A stretch of DNA of 64,000 bases from Terriglobia bacterium (GTDB taxonomy: Bacteria; Acidobacteriota; Terriglobia; 20CM-2-55-15), in assembly GCA_963664115.2 (NCBI GenBank), contig CAXWPJ010000005.1, positions 32,001 to 96,000 on the forward strand. The letters are read 5' to 3'. Both the position numbers and the translations under genes were made by a program. The notes below the pieces were generated by a model. It made no database searches and had not been told where the DNA came from. It saw only the letters and a list, made by a program, of their open reading frames with translations. Below are positions 29,090-39,749 of the stretch, piece after piece; within the stretch, counting starts at the first letter, position 1; each line of letters begins with the position of its first letter.

Positions 29090-30397
29090 GTTCAGAGATT
29101 CGTGATACCGATGGTGGTTGTAGTGTTCGACCCATTGCGCGATCGCCTGCTCAAGTTCCCACGGATAATAGTAGTGTTCCAACTTGACCACGTTCTTCAT
29201 CGAACGGTGATAGCGTTCGATCTTGCCCTGTGTCATCGGGTGATAGGGCGCACCCCGGGTGTGTTCCATACCACGACGTTGTAAATAGTCTTTGAGTTCG
29301 TGCGATACGTAGCAGGGGCCGTTGTCGCTCAACAATCGCGGTCGGTGCCGGACTTGTACTTGTCCGACATCTGTCGCCTGTAGTGCAACGTCCAGCGTGT
29401 CCTGAACGTCAGATGCGGCCATGGTTTGAAAGAGCTTCCAGGCGATGATGTAGCGAGAGTAATCGTCCAGCACGGTCGACAGGTAGTACCAACCCCAACC
29501 GACGACCCTGAAGTAAGTGAAATCAGTTTGCCAGAGTTCGTTCACACGCCGGGTTGGCTGCTGGAAGTGATCGCTGGCCGTCATCACGATGTATGCGGGA
29601 CTGGTGATCAGGTCGCATCTCTTCAGAATCCGATACACGCTGGATTCGGAGATGAAGTAGTCCTGGGTGTCGGTGATCTGCCAGGCCAGTTCCCGCGGTG
29701 AGGCTTCCGGGTGGTTCAACGCGGTTTCGACCACCTGTTCCCGCACCGGTCCCGGAATCCGGTTCCAGCAGAAGCCGGGGCCGGAATGCCGATCTAACAA
29801 GCCGGCTGCGCCACGCTCTTTGTATCGTCGATACCAACCGTAGAACGTGCTGCGGGGGACGCCCAGCTCCCGGAGGGTCGCTGTCACCGACAACTCCGAG
29901 TCTTCCACCACTCGGATCGTCTCCAGCTTCTCAGATCCCGATTGCCTCATATATCGATGCTCTCGGAGTCCGTTACGTTCAACGTTTTTTTCAGAAAACG
30001 ATTCTTTAGCAGTATTTCGGCCACGACCTGCTTCAACTGATCGTTTTCCTGCCGCAACTCAGTGACTTCGCTCGACGTGGCTTCCCGCTTCGTGTCCCCA
30101 GCCAGTCTCTTCTTGCCTGCCTCCAGGAAGTCCTTGCTCCACCGGTAATACAAATTCGATGGAATCCCTTCGCGTCGGCACAGCGCTGCGATGCTCTCTT
30201 CACCTCGCAGTCCTTCCAACACAATCCGCACTTTCTCTTCCGACGAGTACTTCTTCCTCGTCTTCCGACGAATCTCCCGTACCCGATTCTCTGCCGACAC
30301 TTTCTCACTCATTCGATCCTCCTTCAGATCGTTCTGATTAGAAAAGTGTCTCTTAGTTTTTCAGCGGATTCTGTGCGAAATGCTCTGACGGGCTACA
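29090..30397 (-). mobile_element. IS3-family element, copy 2, inverted and 3'-truncated (orfA 29947-30312, orfB to 29090)
   Basis: Reverse complement of 27600-28907 with a few SNPs; lacks its own right end. Confidence 0.9.
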
Positions 30398-31526
30398 CTG
30401 CCAGGTAGCTGATCGTGTTCGTCCAGGAGTCATTTGGCTGGCCGTCCAGGAAGGCCAACTGACGAACGCGTTCCATAGACTGATTCTCGAGTTCCCGGGC
30501 CGCGAGGAACTCGCCGTAGGACGCGAGCTGGAAACCAATGCCTGTGGAAGTTCTCAGGAGAATGGACTGGTCAAGTTCACTGAGAATCGTTTGCGCTTTC
30601 TCTTCGGATATTGCCATGGCATTCGTGAGGACGCTCGTGGCTTCCTCAACCGTCAGCTCGTTTCGCGAGTAAGTTTCCATGGCAATCGCGAGCATTCTCA
30701 GAGCACGCTGCTGCTGCGTGCGGGAGATAGCCGGCCTACTCTCGATCAATCGAGTGACGACGAAGTCAAGATTGTCGCTTTTCAGGGGGTCAAGACGGCC
30801 CACATTCCGATACCGTTCGACGAGACACGAGAGCACAAACGGAATACCAGCATCGTCTGTCAAATTATGAGCAACGAGTTCAGCCCAGAAGACACCGGGG
30901 TCGACCTGATGGGAGCTCGCGTAGCCGCGGATATCTGACTCGCTGAAAGGGAGTATTCGAAGGACTATGCTGTTAGCCGGAACGAGTGAAGGCCTATTCT
31001 CGAGGAACGCCTGTCTCGACGTGAGGATGAAATCAGCATTCCTGTCCTGAAGCAAGAGCTGTTCGAGATCCGTTCTGAACGTGTCGACAGAGTCAGCTTG
31101 GAGCTCATCGAGGCCGTCAAGGAGGTAGACCCGCTTCAGATTGTCTGCAGCAAGAATGTGCTCGTCTGTGGAACTGTAGAGCACGCCGCTCAAGTCACCA
31201 CTGTAACCTCGGAGGGTAGCGCGCACAGGCACTGCGCTAGGAGAAGCTGCAAGAGCCAAGCGTTTGGCAGCTTCCAGCGTGATTACGGTCTTGCCGGAAC
31301 CCGGTTCGCCAATTAGGACCGTCCGGGAATTCTTCAGAATCGCGTCTAGATCTGGTGATTGCTCGCGGAAGATTCCCCGAAACCTTAGTTCGTCAACGGA
31401 GATCCTCCCAAGATCCGTCACTGATTCGAAGCGCCGGTCCAGGTAGCGTTCTCTTTCTTCCTGATCCAGTTTGTCGAGTAGAGAGTGCAGATACTCCTGA
31501 AGTTCTTCTTGAGTGATACTCGGCAT
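30393..31526 (-). pseudogene. NACHT/STAND NTPase truncated by IS3
   Basis: GEPGSGKT, VYLLDGLDEL, FILTSR; stop falls within the IS end. Confidence 0.75.
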
Positions 31527-31808
31527 GTGTGAACGGTTCTAGAAGTTCTATTTTGACACGAACTGGGACCGTGAAATTCCGTGTGACTTTGAGGGCTGTC
31601 GGGCTGGACTTTCCAGACGTTCATAAACGCGTTCTTTCCCGTCCGATCCTCATTTCGACCGTTCTGCTCAGAAAGTGCTTCTTGTCTTTCAGTGGATTCT
31701 CGCTGATATGTCCTACCCTGTGTTCTGCTATGGTCGATGTTACTCCAGGTGTTACTCCGAACAAAAATGCTCGGGGCCGTCCTCGAGCTAAGTCATTGAT
31801 TTATAAAG

Positions 31809-31881
<73 letters not shown>

Positions 31882-32057
31882 GCCGCGGCCAATCATAACA
31901 AACGATTCTGGGCCGTGGAAGGGACGAGACGAGTTGAAAACGGACGGTAAAGGTAAAGAAGAACGGGAGCTATAGACCGTGGGCGGCCAAGGGTTGTCCG
32001 AGTGTGAAGCTGGACGCGTCGTCCGATGCTTGGCATCGAGCGACGTCCAATGGTTTG

Positions 32058-32321
32058 TTATGCGTCAGACTTAGCGCTCTCTTCGGATTCTTCTGCCTTC
32101 TCTTCTTCTTCCGGCATGAAAGGCTGCCACTCTTCCGGAATAGCCTGTGGGCCGGGCCGGATGCCTGCGATATCCGGGTCTTCGCCGTCGAGGGACCGGG
32201 GGCCGGCGTCGGTCTTGCGTTCCTTGGAATCGAAGCGTCGCTGTTCTTTCTCGCGCCTTTTTTCCTGACGGGCCTTTTCCTTCAAGCGTTTCTGGAAGGT
32301 CGGTCTGGATTGTCTCGCCAT
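32058..32321 (-). CDS. Small charged hypothetical protein
   Basis: AGGAG RBS; MARQSRPTFQKRLKEKARQEKR...DPDIAGIRPGPQ. Confidence 0.7.
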   Translation of the reverse strand: MARQSRPTFQKRLKEKARQEKRREKEQRRFDSKERKTDAGPRSLDGEDPDIAGIRPGPQAIPEEWQPFMPEEEEKAEESEESAKSDA

Positions 32322-32629
32322 AGATTCCACTCCTTCGGATTCGGGCCAACTGAGCAAGCGCTACCGTCTGTCAGATAAAAGCGGGTAAGGAAACTCCGTG
32401 TCATTACTGCACCCGCAATGCGTCGGCAAACACGAAACATGCAACCATTCAATTTAAAGGCTCGACGCTTATATTGTCAAACCGGGGGCCGGGAGTGGTC
32501 CGTTCTCCGGTGGTTTGTTATTTCACGTGAAATAAAGAATTTAAGCCTCGCCCTGGCCTCCGCGGGTCGTTTTCTATCCATGATATCCTCCGGACATGCG
32601 GAGTTTTTCGGAAAGAATCTAAGGGTGCA

Positions 32630-33113
32630 ATGCTCGTGGATGTGGATCTCTACGAAGAGGTCGAGGCGGATTCTTCGGCGACCGGACAGGCCATGGGCGT
32701 CGTCGTTCTGGCGAGTTTGGCGGCAGGCATCGGTATCGGTTTGCCTTTCGGTGTTGGTGGACTTGTTGCGGGAACGGCGGTCTCGTTGCTCGGTTGGCTT
32801 ATATGGGCCGGTCTGACCCACTTTATCGGTACGCACATCTTGCCTACGCCCGACACCGAGAGCACTTGGGGCCAGGTGCTCCGTACCACGGGGTTTTCTG
32901 TGGCGCCGGGCATGTTCCGTATTTTTGCCCTGATTCCCGTCCTGGGGATCTTCATCGACTTAGCCGTTCTTATATGGATGCTCGTTACCTTTCGTGGTTG
33001 CTGTCCGGCAGGCCCTGGACTATACGAGCACCTGGCGCGCGATTGCGGTATGCCTGACAGGTTGGCTGGCTTATGTATTTCTGGGAGTTCTCCTGGTTCC
33101 ACTCGCCAGCTAA
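32630..33113 (+). pseudogene. Yip1-like membrane protein, apparent +1 frameshift near 32990
   Basis: YEEVEAD...QA, LRTTGFS; shifted frame continues VVAVRQALDYTSTWRAIAVC. Confidence 0.65.
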
Positions 33114-33198
33114 ATTTTCTGTCTTTTCCCTAAAGTTTCCTCTACAGCGACCGATAAAGTTGTTAGACAGCCTGGAATATCGGTTGAAAGGATGTGCG

Positions 33199-33504
33199 AT
33201 GTACTCGGAACTTTACGGTGACTTTAAAAAACTACTGACGCTCGGCGTGATGGGGCGTCAGATCGAAGTGCCCGAGAGCAATACGCTGTTGAGAGGCTTC
33301 CAATATGCTTCACCCGAAACGATTTCCTACGGTCGATTCTGCTGGAACGGCACCTGCAAGAACTGCACTGTGACGATCCGGCGTGGAGAAGAGGAGACCA
33401 GGGGGCAGGCCTGTCAAACCGATGCCTGCGATGGCATGGAGGTTGTCCGAATTTCGAAAGAACTTGTTAGTCGACTGAAAACGCTCGTAACTACTACTGC
33501 TTGA
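33199..33504 (+). CDS. 2Fe-2S ferredoxin-like protein
   Basis: CWNGTCKNC...ACQT. Confidence 0.75.
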   Translation: MYSELYGDFKKLLTLGVMGRQIEVPESNTLLRGFQYASPETISYGRFCWNGTCKNCTVTIRRGEEETRGQACQTDACDGMEVVRISKELVSRLKTLVTTTA

Positions 33505-33527
33505 ATATTCCTTCACCGTGTTGAAGG

Positions 33528-33558
33528 GACGGCGGTCTTCGGACCGCCGTCTTTTTTT
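33528..33558 (+). terminator. Rho-independent terminator
   Basis: GACGGCGGTC-TTCG-GACCGCCGTC followed by T7. Confidence 0.85.
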
Positions 33559-33754
33559 GTACGGATTCAAGATTTGGGATAGGAGTTGCGGATTACGCGG
33601 ACTTTCAGAAGTCTCGGTTATGAGCGTTTAAGGCGTTACTCTGCATTCAGACCCGTCTTATTCGTCTATCTTCGTTTCCTTCGTGCCTTTGTGTTGAAAA
33701 GACATCCTGCCCGACCACCCTCAGCTGACCCACGCGCCGTGATATCTTCGAAGC

Positions 33755-35473
33755 GTGAAGAACCTCGAGATCGCCTCCATCTTCGGAAACATGGCCGACT
33801 TGCTCGAAATCAAAGGAGCGAATCCGTTCCGGGTGCGTGCCTATAGAAATGCGCGTTCCAGTCTGGAAGTGTTGACCGACAACGTTGAAGAAATCGCCAA
33901 ACGAGATGCCCTGAAGGACATTTCAGGCATCGGCAAGGATCTGGCAGCTAAGATTGTCGAGTACATTCAGACAAGACGGATTCGAGCATTCGAAGACCTG
34001 AAGCGGGAACTCCCCATCGGATTGGTGAGCATCGTCACGATTCCGACGATCGGCCCCAAAACCGCCCGCGCGATCTTCGATCACACCGGCGTGTCCAGTG
34101 TCGAAGATCTGGAGAAGCTTGCCTTATCTGAAGAGCTGCTTACGGTTCCGGGTATCAAGAAGAAAACGCTTGAGAACATCGTCAGCGGTATTGGACTCTA
34201 CAAGCGACGAAAGGGATTGTTCCTCTTGGGCCGCTCTCTGCCACTGGCGAAAGACATTTGCGAGATACTCTCTCCCTTGACCGAGCAGGTCGCTTACGCG
34301 GGCAGCCTCCGCCGCATGCGTGAGACCGTTCACGATATCGACATTCTTGCCGCCGCGCCCAATCCTCAGAAGATCATGAGGGAATTCACCGGGTTGCCAA
34401 TGGTCGAGCGTGTGCTCGTCAGCGGCGAAACCAAAACCTCCGTTCTCATAGCCGACGACCTGCAGGTGGACTTGCGCGTCGTCGATCTTGACAGCTGGGG
34501 CGCCGCGCTAGCGTACTTCACCGGATCGAAGGAACACAATATCCGTCTGCGCGAACGGGCCCTCAAGCGCGGTCTCAAGCTGAACGAGTACGGACTGTAT
34601 GACTCTGCGGACACAGCGGTTGCCGCACGTGAGGAAGCAGACATTTACGAGGCCCTCGATCTTCCATGGATACCCCCTGTGTTGCGCGAGGACAGGGGAG
34701 AGATTGAAGCCGCTCTGGAAGGAAGCCTCCCCGAACTGGTTTCGTCCGAAGACATCCAGGGCGATCTGCACATGCACACAACGTGGAGTGACGGTGCGCT
34801 ATCGACAGCGGCTATGGTGGAGGCCGCCCGCGGTCAGGGTTACAGCTACGTTGCGATTACGGACCATAGCAAGTCACTGGGCGTTGCCGGTGGATTGTCC
34901 AACGAAGATCTGCTCAGGCATGTCCAGGAGATTCACGAGTTGGATAGAAAACTGCCTGATTTTCGCGTCCTCACTGGCACGGAAGTCGATATTCGTGCCG
35001 ACGGCACCTTGGATTATCCGGATGAAATACTCGCGCAGCTGGATTTTGTCGTGGCATCGGTCCACTCCGGGTTTCGGCAGGACATAGAAACAATGACACA
35101 GCGTGTGGTTCGCGCCATCCGGAATCCGCATGTCCGGGTGATCGGCCATCCCACGGGGCGTTTGATCGGAGACCGCGATTCATTCGAACTGGATTTCGAC
35201 GCGGTCATGGTGGAAGCGGCCCGCGCAGGGACGTGTTTGGAGGTCAATGCCCATTATTACCGATTGGACTTGAACGACGTGCTCTGCAGGAAGGCCCGGG
35301 AATCCGGCGTCCGTGTCATTATCAGCACCGACTCTCACAACGCCGAAAATCTTCAGAACCTGCCCTATGGAGTTGCAACGGCACAAAGGGGCTGGCTCGG
35401 CCCGGGAGACGTCCTGAACACGCAGTCCGTGGAAGACGTGTTGTCCTTCAAGGGTCGCCATGCCGGGGCATAG
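33755..35473 (+). CDS. polX: DNA polymerase X / PHP exonuclease
   Basis: NPFRVRAY, GSLRR, HDIDIL, FTGSKEHN, DLHMHTTWSDG, TDHS. Confidence 0.95.
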   Translation: MKNLEIASIFGNMADLLEIKGANPFRVRAYRNARSSLEVLTDNVEEIAKRDALKDISGIGKDLAAKIVEYIQTRRIRAFEDLKRELPIGLVSIVTIPTIGPKTARAIFDHTGVSSVEDLEKLALSEELLTVPGIKKKTLENIVSGIGLYKRRKGLFLLGRSLPLAKDICEILSPLTEQVAYAGSLRRMRETVHDIDILAAAPNPQKIMREFTGLPMVERVLVSGETKTSVLIADDLQVDLRVVDLDSWGAALAYFTGSKEHNIRLRERALKRGLKLNEYGLYDSADTAVAAREEADIYEALDLPWIPPVLREDRGEIEAALEGSLPELVSSEDIQGDLHMHTTWSDGALSTAAMVEAARGQGYSYVAITDHSKSLGVAGGLSNEDLLRHVQEIHELDRKLPDFRVLTGTEVDIRADGTLDYPDEILAQLDFVVASVHSGFRQDIETMTQRVVRAIRNPHVRVIGHPTGRLIGDRDSFELDFDAVMVEAARAGTCLEVNAHYYRLDLNDVLCRKARESGVRVIISTDSHNAENLQNLPYGVATAQRGWLGPGDVLNTQSVEDVLSFKGRHAGA

Positions 35474-35669
35474 CGTAGGGCTCGTTGTCGACTTCTGTTA
35501 CTTGTGTCGAGCGTACGGGCCTCGAAGTTTGTGAGATAAGATTTCGCTCGGTCGTTCGATCAGACATCCTGTCTGATCGAACGGCGACCCTCGCCATTTT
35601 CTTGATGGCGAGGCCTATTAGGCATAACGGAATGTTCAGGTAGGCCCAAAAGCAACGCGCACCGCCCAG

Positions 35670-36716
35670 ATGGAACGTTCAAACGACACGATGGATTCCG
35701 ACCAGATCAAAGCAAAAGCCCGGGAACTCGGATTTGAACTCGCCGGTGTTGCCCCTCTGGGCCCGTCACCGGAGGCCGAGTTCTATCCCGAGTGGCTGGC
35801 CAAAGGATACGCGGGTGAAATGCACTACCTCGCCCAGGGTGCCCGGACGCGGCTGGACCCGTCCCCGCTCCTTCCGGGCGCCCGATCGGTCGTCGTTTGC
35901 GCCTTGAACTATCACACCGACCGTCCGTTGACGTCCTCCGATTCAGGACGTGGGTGGGTGTCCCGCTACGCGTGGGGTGAGGACTACCACAAGGTGCTCG
36001 GGAAACGCCTGAAGCGCCTGGCCGGGTGGATCGGTCAGGAAACCGGGGCGAAGACGCGACTGTACGTCGACACGGGGCCACTCCTTGAAAGGGTGTTTGC
36101 CAAGTATGCCGGAGTGGGCTGGTTCGGTAAGAACACCTGCATTATCGATCAGCAGGTAGGCTCCTGGATCTTTCTGGGTTGCATTTTGACTGAGCTCGAA
36201 TTGGCTTACGATACACCTCGACCGGACCGATGCGGCAGTTGCACGCGGTGTATCGACGCCTGTCCGACGGACGCTATCGTGGAACCCTACGTCCTGGACA
36301 GCCGTAAATGTATTTCGTATCTGACCATCGAACTTCGCGGTGCAATACCGGAGTCGTTGAGGGAAGGCATGGGTCATCACCTCTTTGGTTGTGACATCTG
36401 CCAGGATGTGTGCCCGTGGAACAAGCGCGCACCTCTGGCTGATGAGAACACGCTGGGATCGAGGCCTGAACTGTTCTGGCCGAGTCTGGACCACCTTCTG
36501 GATTTGGACGATGACGGTTGGCGCGATCTGATCCGCGGCACGGCCATGAAGCGTGCCAAAGTCGGGGGACTGATCCGCAACCTGATGGTCGTGGCCGGCA
36601 ACTCGGGTTTAGGCAGGTTTCGGAAGAAGGTCGAGCGGTTTCTCGGTCATTCCGACGAGACGGTACGGTCTCATGCGAGTTGGGCCGTGCGAAAGCTTGA
36701 GGAAGCCGATCGGTGA
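35670..36716 (+). CDS. queG: Epoxyqueuosine reductase
   Basis: SRYAWGEDYH, VDTGPLLER, CGSCTRCIDACP, GCDICQDVCPWN. Confidence 0.95.
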   Translation: MERSNDTMDSDQIKAKARELGFELAGVAPLGPSPEAEFYPEWLAKGYAGEMHYLAQGARTRLDPSPLLPGARSVVVCALNYHTDRPLTSSDSGRGWVSRYAWGEDYHKVLGKRLKRLAGWIGQETGAKTRLYVDTGPLLERVFAKYAGVGWFGKNTCIIDQQVGSWIFLGCILTELELAYDTPRPDRCGSCTRCIDACPTDAIVEPYVLDSRKCISYLTIELRGAIPESLREGMGHHLFGCDICQDVCPWNKRAPLADENTLGSRPELFWPSLDHLLDLDDDGWRDLIRGTAMKRAKVGGLIRNLMVVAGNSGLGRFRKKVERFLGHSDETVRSHASWAVRKLEEADR

Positions 36717-36721
36717 AAGAG

Positions 36722-37120
36722 CTATTTAAGCCTATCGTCGACCGATTTATTTTTTTCTATCTGGACGATTTTGCGTTCAGTCCGGAACATGAACCGGAAC
36801 ACCATCTCCCGTTGCTTTTCATCAATGCCGGCAAACTCAACACCGATCGTCGGGTAGTTCAACCACCTGACGACAGGATAGACCACTGGCATGCCAATGT
36901 CGGGGAGAACCAGCACGGCCGGTCCAAGAACCTGATCTTTGTAGAAGCTGTGGTAGTGGTTCGCCGCGAAGAAGCGGGCTCCGCCGGCTCCGAGCTCATC
37001 GACCATCGGGTCGATGTTCACTGCGTCGATGCTGAAGAGCAGGTACACGGGCTCGGCGGCGCCTACAGGCAATCGGAAAACGGAGCGCTGTTTACTGTGG
37101 TCGGGGGCCTGGCTCTTCAT
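36722..37120 (-). CDS. PilZ-domain protein
   Basis: KQRSVFR, ELGAGG, IGVEF. Confidence 0.7.
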   Translation of the reverse strand: MKSQAPDHSKQRSVFRLPVGAAEPVYLLFSIDAVNIDPMVDELGAGGARFFAANHYHSFYKDQVLGPAVLVLPDIGMPVVYPVVRWLNYPTIGVEFAGIDEKQREMVFRFMFRTERKIVQIEKNKSVDDRLK

Positions 37121-37163
37121 AATTGTTACTTCGGCGCTTTCGGTTAAAATCTTTAGTAATCTG

Positions 37164-38882
37164 ATGCGTCTCTTCCTGATAGCTGCAGTGCCGGTGGCGT
37201 TTGTTCTTTACGGCCACGGCCTACAAGCGCCCTTCTATCTGGACGACAACGGGGTGCTCGAGACAGCCAGGAACGGTGTAAACCTGGGGGCGACGCGGCC
37301 GCTGGGATATTTCTCCTTTTATTTGAGTGCTTTGACGGCAGACGCTTTTGGGCTGCTGTTTCATTGGTTGCCCAGTTTTTACTTCCGGCTTGCCAACCTC
37401 TTCGTTCATATTCTGGCGTCGATGGTTCTGTTCGGTCTGACACGCGAACTGACCCGAAACGTGTCAGCGAGTTACGCGGCTGGTTTTCTATTCCTGGTCC
37501 ATCCCATCGTCAGTCAGCCCGTAATGTACGTGACCCAGCGCTTTGAGTCGCTCGCAGTCCTGTTCATGTTCTCTTCGGCCGGGGCTTACGCGAGATTCAG
37601 GCGCAGCGGTGGGTGGGGATGGATCGTAGGTGCGGTCGTCTTCGGAGTCGGGGCGGGGCTGACCAAGGAAATCGCTGTCGTCCTGCCCGCGTGGATCTTG
37701 CTGATGGAATTCACTTTTTTCCGTAAGTGGGGGTGGGACAGGCGTTTCCTGTACTTAATTCCCCTTGGAGCGGTTTTGGCATGGCCGGCGTGGACGGCCT
37801 TTCGCGGATCGGCAACGACGCTGACATCGGTGCCCTTAGGGCAGTATTGGCTGACCCAGGGCTTGGTGCTGCTGAAGCATCTCCAACTGGTCATATATCC
37901 GGCCGAACAATATCTGCTCTACGACTTTCCGCTGGCGACAGGTTTATCCTGGCCCGTGGTAGGAGCCTGGTCTGTTGTTTTGTCGTTTCTGGCTACAGGA
38001 TTTCTATTGCTGAACCGATATCCAACAATAGGGTTCGGGATCGTGACGTTCTTCGTCCTGTTGCTCCCCGTGACCTTGTTGCCGTTGCCGGATACGTTTT
38101 TTGAGCACCGGGTCTACGGCGCGTTCGGCGGGCTTGCCATGGCGATAGGTTCGCTCCTGGCTACACGACCCCGGCCGTTGATCGCCGTGATGAGCGTCGC
38201 TTTGATTCTGGCGTTGGGAGCGCGGACATTCGAACGAAGTGCGGAGTGGAATTCGGAAATACCGTTTTTCGAGGCCCATCGGGAACGGTTTCCGAACAAT
38301 GCTCACGCCCTGTCGTACCTTGCGGTGCATTACGGAACGACCGGACAGCTCAGACGGTCGATCGAAGCTCTTGAACAGGGCCAGAGAAATCTGGAGTTTT
38401 TCAACGAGTACTATTCAGAGCCCGGGCGCTTGACCGTTGCACTCAATCTCGTCACCGCCCAGATGGCAATGGGCGACGTGGAATCTGCGGGCGAAGTACT
38501 GGAACAGGTCCGGGATATTGGTTCCGATGAGCCCGCGTTTCAACAAGTGCAGGGTAACTGGTTCTTGGCAACGGATCAGCCTGAACTGGCGATCGAGGCC
38601 TTCGAGACCTTGAACCAACTCGATCCAGAAGCGATCGCGGGGTGGCGAGGGCTCCAGATGGCCTATTCGCGACTCGGCCAGGAAGATGAAGCGGAGTTGG
38701 CCGCAGAGGGTTTTCGAGAGCGTGGAGACGCGCAGGATGCACGTAACCGGGCGCGCCGGTTCATACCGGTGCGATACAGAGCGCACGTAACGTTCGGAAT
38801 TTTGTTGATGGGGTTCGCCGTGATTTTCGTGTCATTGAAGTACGTTTGGTCGATCGCACGTCAAGGATGGTCCAATGTCTGA
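37164..38882 (+). CDS. TMTC-like GT-C membrane glycosyltransferase with TPRs
   Basis: FYLDD, RPLGYFSF, LFLVHP, YVTQRFE, TKE, EHRVY, C-terminal TPRs. Confidence 0.75.
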   Translation: MRLFLIAAVPVAFVLYGHGLQAPFYLDDNGVLETARNGVNLGATRPLGYFSFYLSALTADAFGLLFHWLPSFYFRLANLFVHILASMVLFGLTRELTRNVSASYAAGFLFLVHPIVSQPVMYVTQRFESLAVLFMFSSAGAYARFRRSGGWGWIVGAVVFGVGAGLTKEIAVVLPAWILLMEFTFFRKWGWDRRFLYLIPLGAVLAWPAWTAFRGSATTLTSVPLGQYWLTQGLVLLKHLQLVIYPAEQYLLYDFPLATGLSWPVVGAWSVVLSFLATGFLLLNRYPTIGFGIVTFFVLLLPVTLLPLPDTFFEHRVYGAFGGLAMAIGSLLATRPRPLIAVMSVALILALGARTFERSAEWNSEIPFFEAHRERFPNNAHALSYLAVHYGTTGQLRRSIEALEQGQRNLEFFNEYYSEPGRLTVALNLVTAQMAMGDVESAGEVLEQVRDIGSDEPAFQQVQGNWFLATDQPELAIEAFETLNQLDPEAIAGWRGLQMAYSRLGQEDEAELAAEGFRERGDAQDARNRARRFIPVRYRAHVTFGILLMGFAVIFVSLKYVWSIARQGWSNV

Positions 38883-39669
38883 CCGAGCTATAGTCCTGGT
38901 TGTTAACAAGGAAAAGATCCTCGTTGATCTCCTGGTGCGTTCGCTGGACGGCGAAGATCTCGCGATGTTCGGGGCGGCGTCAGTCGCGGAAGCCACGCGA
39001 TTGTTCGAACAACATCGGCCGGATCTGATCATCGTGGACCCCACGGTTGCTGGAGGGTTCGAGTTCATGGATCAAGTCCGGAGCGGATTGAAGCCGGCGC
39101 GGATCGTGGCGCTTGTCGATAGCGATGAGGTGCGAGAACGCGTGGTGGATGTCGGTGTCGAACTCACCTTGGATAAGGCCGCCGGTCTGGATGGACTGGT
39201 GGGTGCGATACGGTCCTCACTGAGCGACGGTTCGGCTGTTCGACTTGGAGGAGACCTCACGCGGATTCTCGTGGTGGATGATGAAGAGGGCATGCGGGCC
39301 ACGTTGGTGGACTACCTGGGCAGCTGCGGCTACAGAGTGTTTGCCGCCAGGGACGGCAGGGAAGCCGTAGAGTTCGTGGCTAAGGATCCATTGCTGCGTC
39401 TCGTGTTGCTCGATGTGAGCATGCCGCGGATGGGGGGCCTCGAAGCGTTGCGGCAGATCATGATGGGGTCGGCTCATCCCGACGTGATCATGATGACCGC
39501 GGTGACGGATCGGGAGATCGCCAAACAGACATTAAGCATAGGAGCTTTCGACTACGTTCTGAAACCGTTTGATCTCAATTCTATGGAAGCCTCGATCGTC
39601 GCATGCCTCGGCTACTCCGATTATCACAAGCGACCCTGGTGGAAGCGTCTCGTACGCCGCACTGCCTGA
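38875..39669 (+). CDS. Response regulator with two receiver domains
   Basis: PDLIIVD; ILVVDDE, LLDVSMP, DYVLKPF. Confidence 0.85.
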   Translation: MSDRAIVLVVNKEKILVDLLVRSLDGEDLAMFGAASVAEATRLFEQHRPDLIIVDPTVAGGFEFMDQVRSGLKPARIVALVDSDEVRERVVDVGVELTLDKAAGLDGLVGAIRSSLSDGSAVRLGGDLTRILVVDDEEGMRATLVDYLGSCGYRVFAARDGREAVEFVAKDPLLRLVLLDVSMPRMGGLEALRQIMMGSAHPDVIMMTAVTDREIAKQTLSIGAFDYVLKPFDLNSMEASIVACLGYSDYHKRPWWKRLVRRTA

Positions 39670-39749
39670 GTCGTTCCCGTCTGTTACAGCCAGATCTCCA
39701 GCCTTCATTATTTCAACCGTTTCAATCGATTCCGCGCTAAATTAATCAG

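Noticed and set aside
32985-32995. Programmed frameshift in the Yip1-like gene
   Set aside because: One extra T with no slippery heptamer, in an assembly that has other indel errors
35548-35615. Structured ncRNA or riboswitch upstream of queG
   Set aside because: Two hairpins are present but there is no recognisable preQ1 or cobalamin motif; could be a terminator or REP-like palindrome
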